Source: Nitrospirales bacterium
Lineage (GTDB): Bacteria > Nitrospirota > Nitrospiria > Nitrospirales > UBA8639
Direction: 5' to 3'
DNA length: 64,000 bases
Assembly: GCA_963555755.3 (NCBI GenBank)
Contig: OY820905.2
Span: 4,288,001-4,352,000, forward strand
Position numbers and translations under genes: made by a program
Shown: positions 62,590-64,000 of the stretch, one piece after another
How positions within the stretch are numbered: position 1 is the first letter of the stretch
Layout: each line of letters starts with the position of its first letter
Notes under the pieces: model-generated
Seen by the model: only the letters and a program-made list of their open reading frames with translations
What the model was told of the DNA's origin: nothing
Database searches by the model: none

Positions 62590-62619
62590 TAAGCAAAACG
62601 ATTGCAGCCTGAAACACAC

Positions 62620-63012
62620 TTACCGTTTGGAGTATTGGAAGAGGGCCCTTGCTCCCTTTTGCCCGTATTTCTTTCTTTCTTTGACTCTGGAATCGCGAGT
62701 GAGCATTCCTTCTTTCTTGAGTGGTCCACGAAACTCTGGGTTCACGTGAACGAGGGCTTTTGCAATGGCATGTCGTAGGGCACCGGCTTGTCCGGAGACG
62801 CCTCCTCCACGGACAGAGGCGCGAATTTGAAATTGCCCGAGCGTGCTGGTCTTTTCTAATGGCGATTCGACTTTCACGCGATGGGGGGCCAATGTGAAGT
62901 AATGCTCAAAGCTTCGCCCGTTTATCGTAATTTCGCCTTGACCCGGTTCAATCCAGGCCCGAGCAATCGCATTTTTTCGTTTTCCCGTTGCGTATTGACG
63001 CTGACTTGCCAT
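62620..63012 (-). CDS. rpsI: 30S ribosomal protein S9
   Basis: ATGKRKNAIAR, GGGVSGQAGA, ERKKYG...QYSKR. Confidence 0.98.
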   Translation of the reverse strand: MASQRQYATGKRKNAIARAWIEPGQGEITINGRSFEHYFTLAPHRVKVESPLEKTSTLGQFQIRASVRGGGVSGQAGALRHAIAKALVHVNPEFRGPLKKEGMLTRDSRVKERKKYGQKGARALFQYSKR

Positions 63013-63085
63013 GTATACACCTTTCTGTAGATGAAGTCGTTGCTTTTTGTTATCTGTGGGTGGAAAGGTTTTTTCTCTCAGGTCC

Positions 63086-63511
63086 TTAAGACCAAGGCTC
63101 CGGGTTCTGTGCGGAATGGGGATGTTCAGACCCGGCATAGATCCGGAGTTTTCTCGCCATCTGCTTTCCTAACGGAGTTTTGGGAAGCATCCCACGAATG
63201 GCTTTGTTGACCACTTCGGTTGGTTTCTTCTTCATGAGGAGTTCAGCCGTGATGGATTTGAGTCCTCCAGGAAAGCCCGAGTGGTGACGATAGATTTTGT
63301 TTTTCATTTTTTTTCCGGTTAAATGAACCTCTTTGGCATTCACGATAATGACGTGGTCGCCCGTATCGACGTTGGGAGTGTACGTAGGTTTGTGCTTGCC
63401 TCGTAAGAGCGTGGCAGCTTGAGTCGCCAATCGACCAAGTGTGGCGCCTTTGGCGTCAAGAACATGCCATTTCCGGACGACTTCATGAGGCTTGGCTTGA
63501 AAGGTACGCAT
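63086..63511 (-). CDS. rplM: 50S ribosomal protein L13
   Basis: [33 protein letters not shown]. Confidence 0.98.
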   Translation of the reverse strand: MRTFQAKPHEVVRKWHVLDAKGATLGRLATQAATLLRGKHKPTYTPNVDTGDHVIIVNAKEVHLTGKKMKNKIYRHHSGFPGGLKSITAELLMKKKPTEVVNKAIRGMLPKTPLGKQMARKLRIYAGSEHPHSAQNPEPWS

Positions 63512-63561
63512 CAATGCTTCTCCATTCGAATTCGAGTAAATATACGCTAAGCGTTAGACTG

Positions 63562-64000
63562 TCAAAATTGTTGCGGATCCAACTTGGCAAGCCAGGCTTC
63601 AAGATTTTCTCCGCCGCGGCGTTTCAACACGTCATGAGTGACAAAAATGGGACTTTTAGCCCGTAACGCCAAGGCAATTGCGTCGCTTGGGCGTGCATCC
63701 ACCGTTCGTTCTATTCCCTTGGACGTGAGATGTATGGTGGCATAGTAGGTATTGTTTTTCACGTCTGTAACGACGATATGGGTAATGGTCATTCCTAAAT
63801 GATTCGTCAGACTGGTGATGAGATCATGACTCATTGGACGAGGGGGGACGAGCCCTTCCATGGCTAACCGAATGGATGCCCCTTCGGCTGTTCCCACCCA
63901 GATCGGCAACACATCCGTATTGGTCTCATCGCGTAAGACCACGATTTGCGTATCAGTATTCGGGTCAACGAGAACGCCGTGGACTTTAAGCGGGATAAGA
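63562..64000 (-). CDS. Bifunctional nuclease (DUF151) family protein, 5' end outside the window
   Basis: LPIWVG..E, RPMSHDL, DARPSDAIALA. Confidence 0.92.
   Translation of the reverse strand, partial: LIPLKVHGVLVDPNTDTQIVVLRDETNTDVLPIWVGTAEGASIRLAMEGLVPPRPMSHDLITSLTNHLGMTITHIVVTDVKNNTYYATIHLTSKGIERTVDARPSDAIALALRAKSPIFVTHDVLKRRGGENLEAWLAKLDPQQF

Overview
Accessory region of a Gram-negative bacterium, probably Nitrospirales-like (inference from gene order and repeat families). It holds a PEP-CTERM/exosortase-associated exopolysaccharide (EPS) locus: two wza-like exporters, wzc, a priming glycosyltransferase, a deacetylase, an RfaH-like antiterminator, further glycosyltransferases, exosortase, epsI and prsK-prsR. 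Housekeeping genes (argJ, argC, rpsI, rplM) lie at the right end. Main points: (1) A carbamoylation cassette sits inside the EPS locus: its own carAB, a NodU/CmcH carbamoyltransferase, a membrane-anchored SGNH protein, an SxtJ-like protein and a 50-aa DUF5989 peptide. The peptide ends in FIYTLF, which matches the tyrosine acyl-shuttle motif of DltX/AlgI and suggests an MBOAT-free relay for carbamoylating a surface polymer. (2) A c-di-GMP-I riboswitch precedes a ~1950-aa FN3/beta-helix surface protein gene that is frameshifted at a G8 tract. (3) Three 'gene - cargo - diverged copy of the gene's 3' end' scars (carB, nodU, prsR). (4) Five MITE-like families, often abutting stop codons; one set is nested three deep and three families share a covarying structured core. 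(5) Five full-length IS elements disrupt prsK, the outer-membrane beta-barrel, a GT4 and a lipoprotein, and several IS remnants are present. All family assignments come from motif recognition, not database searches.
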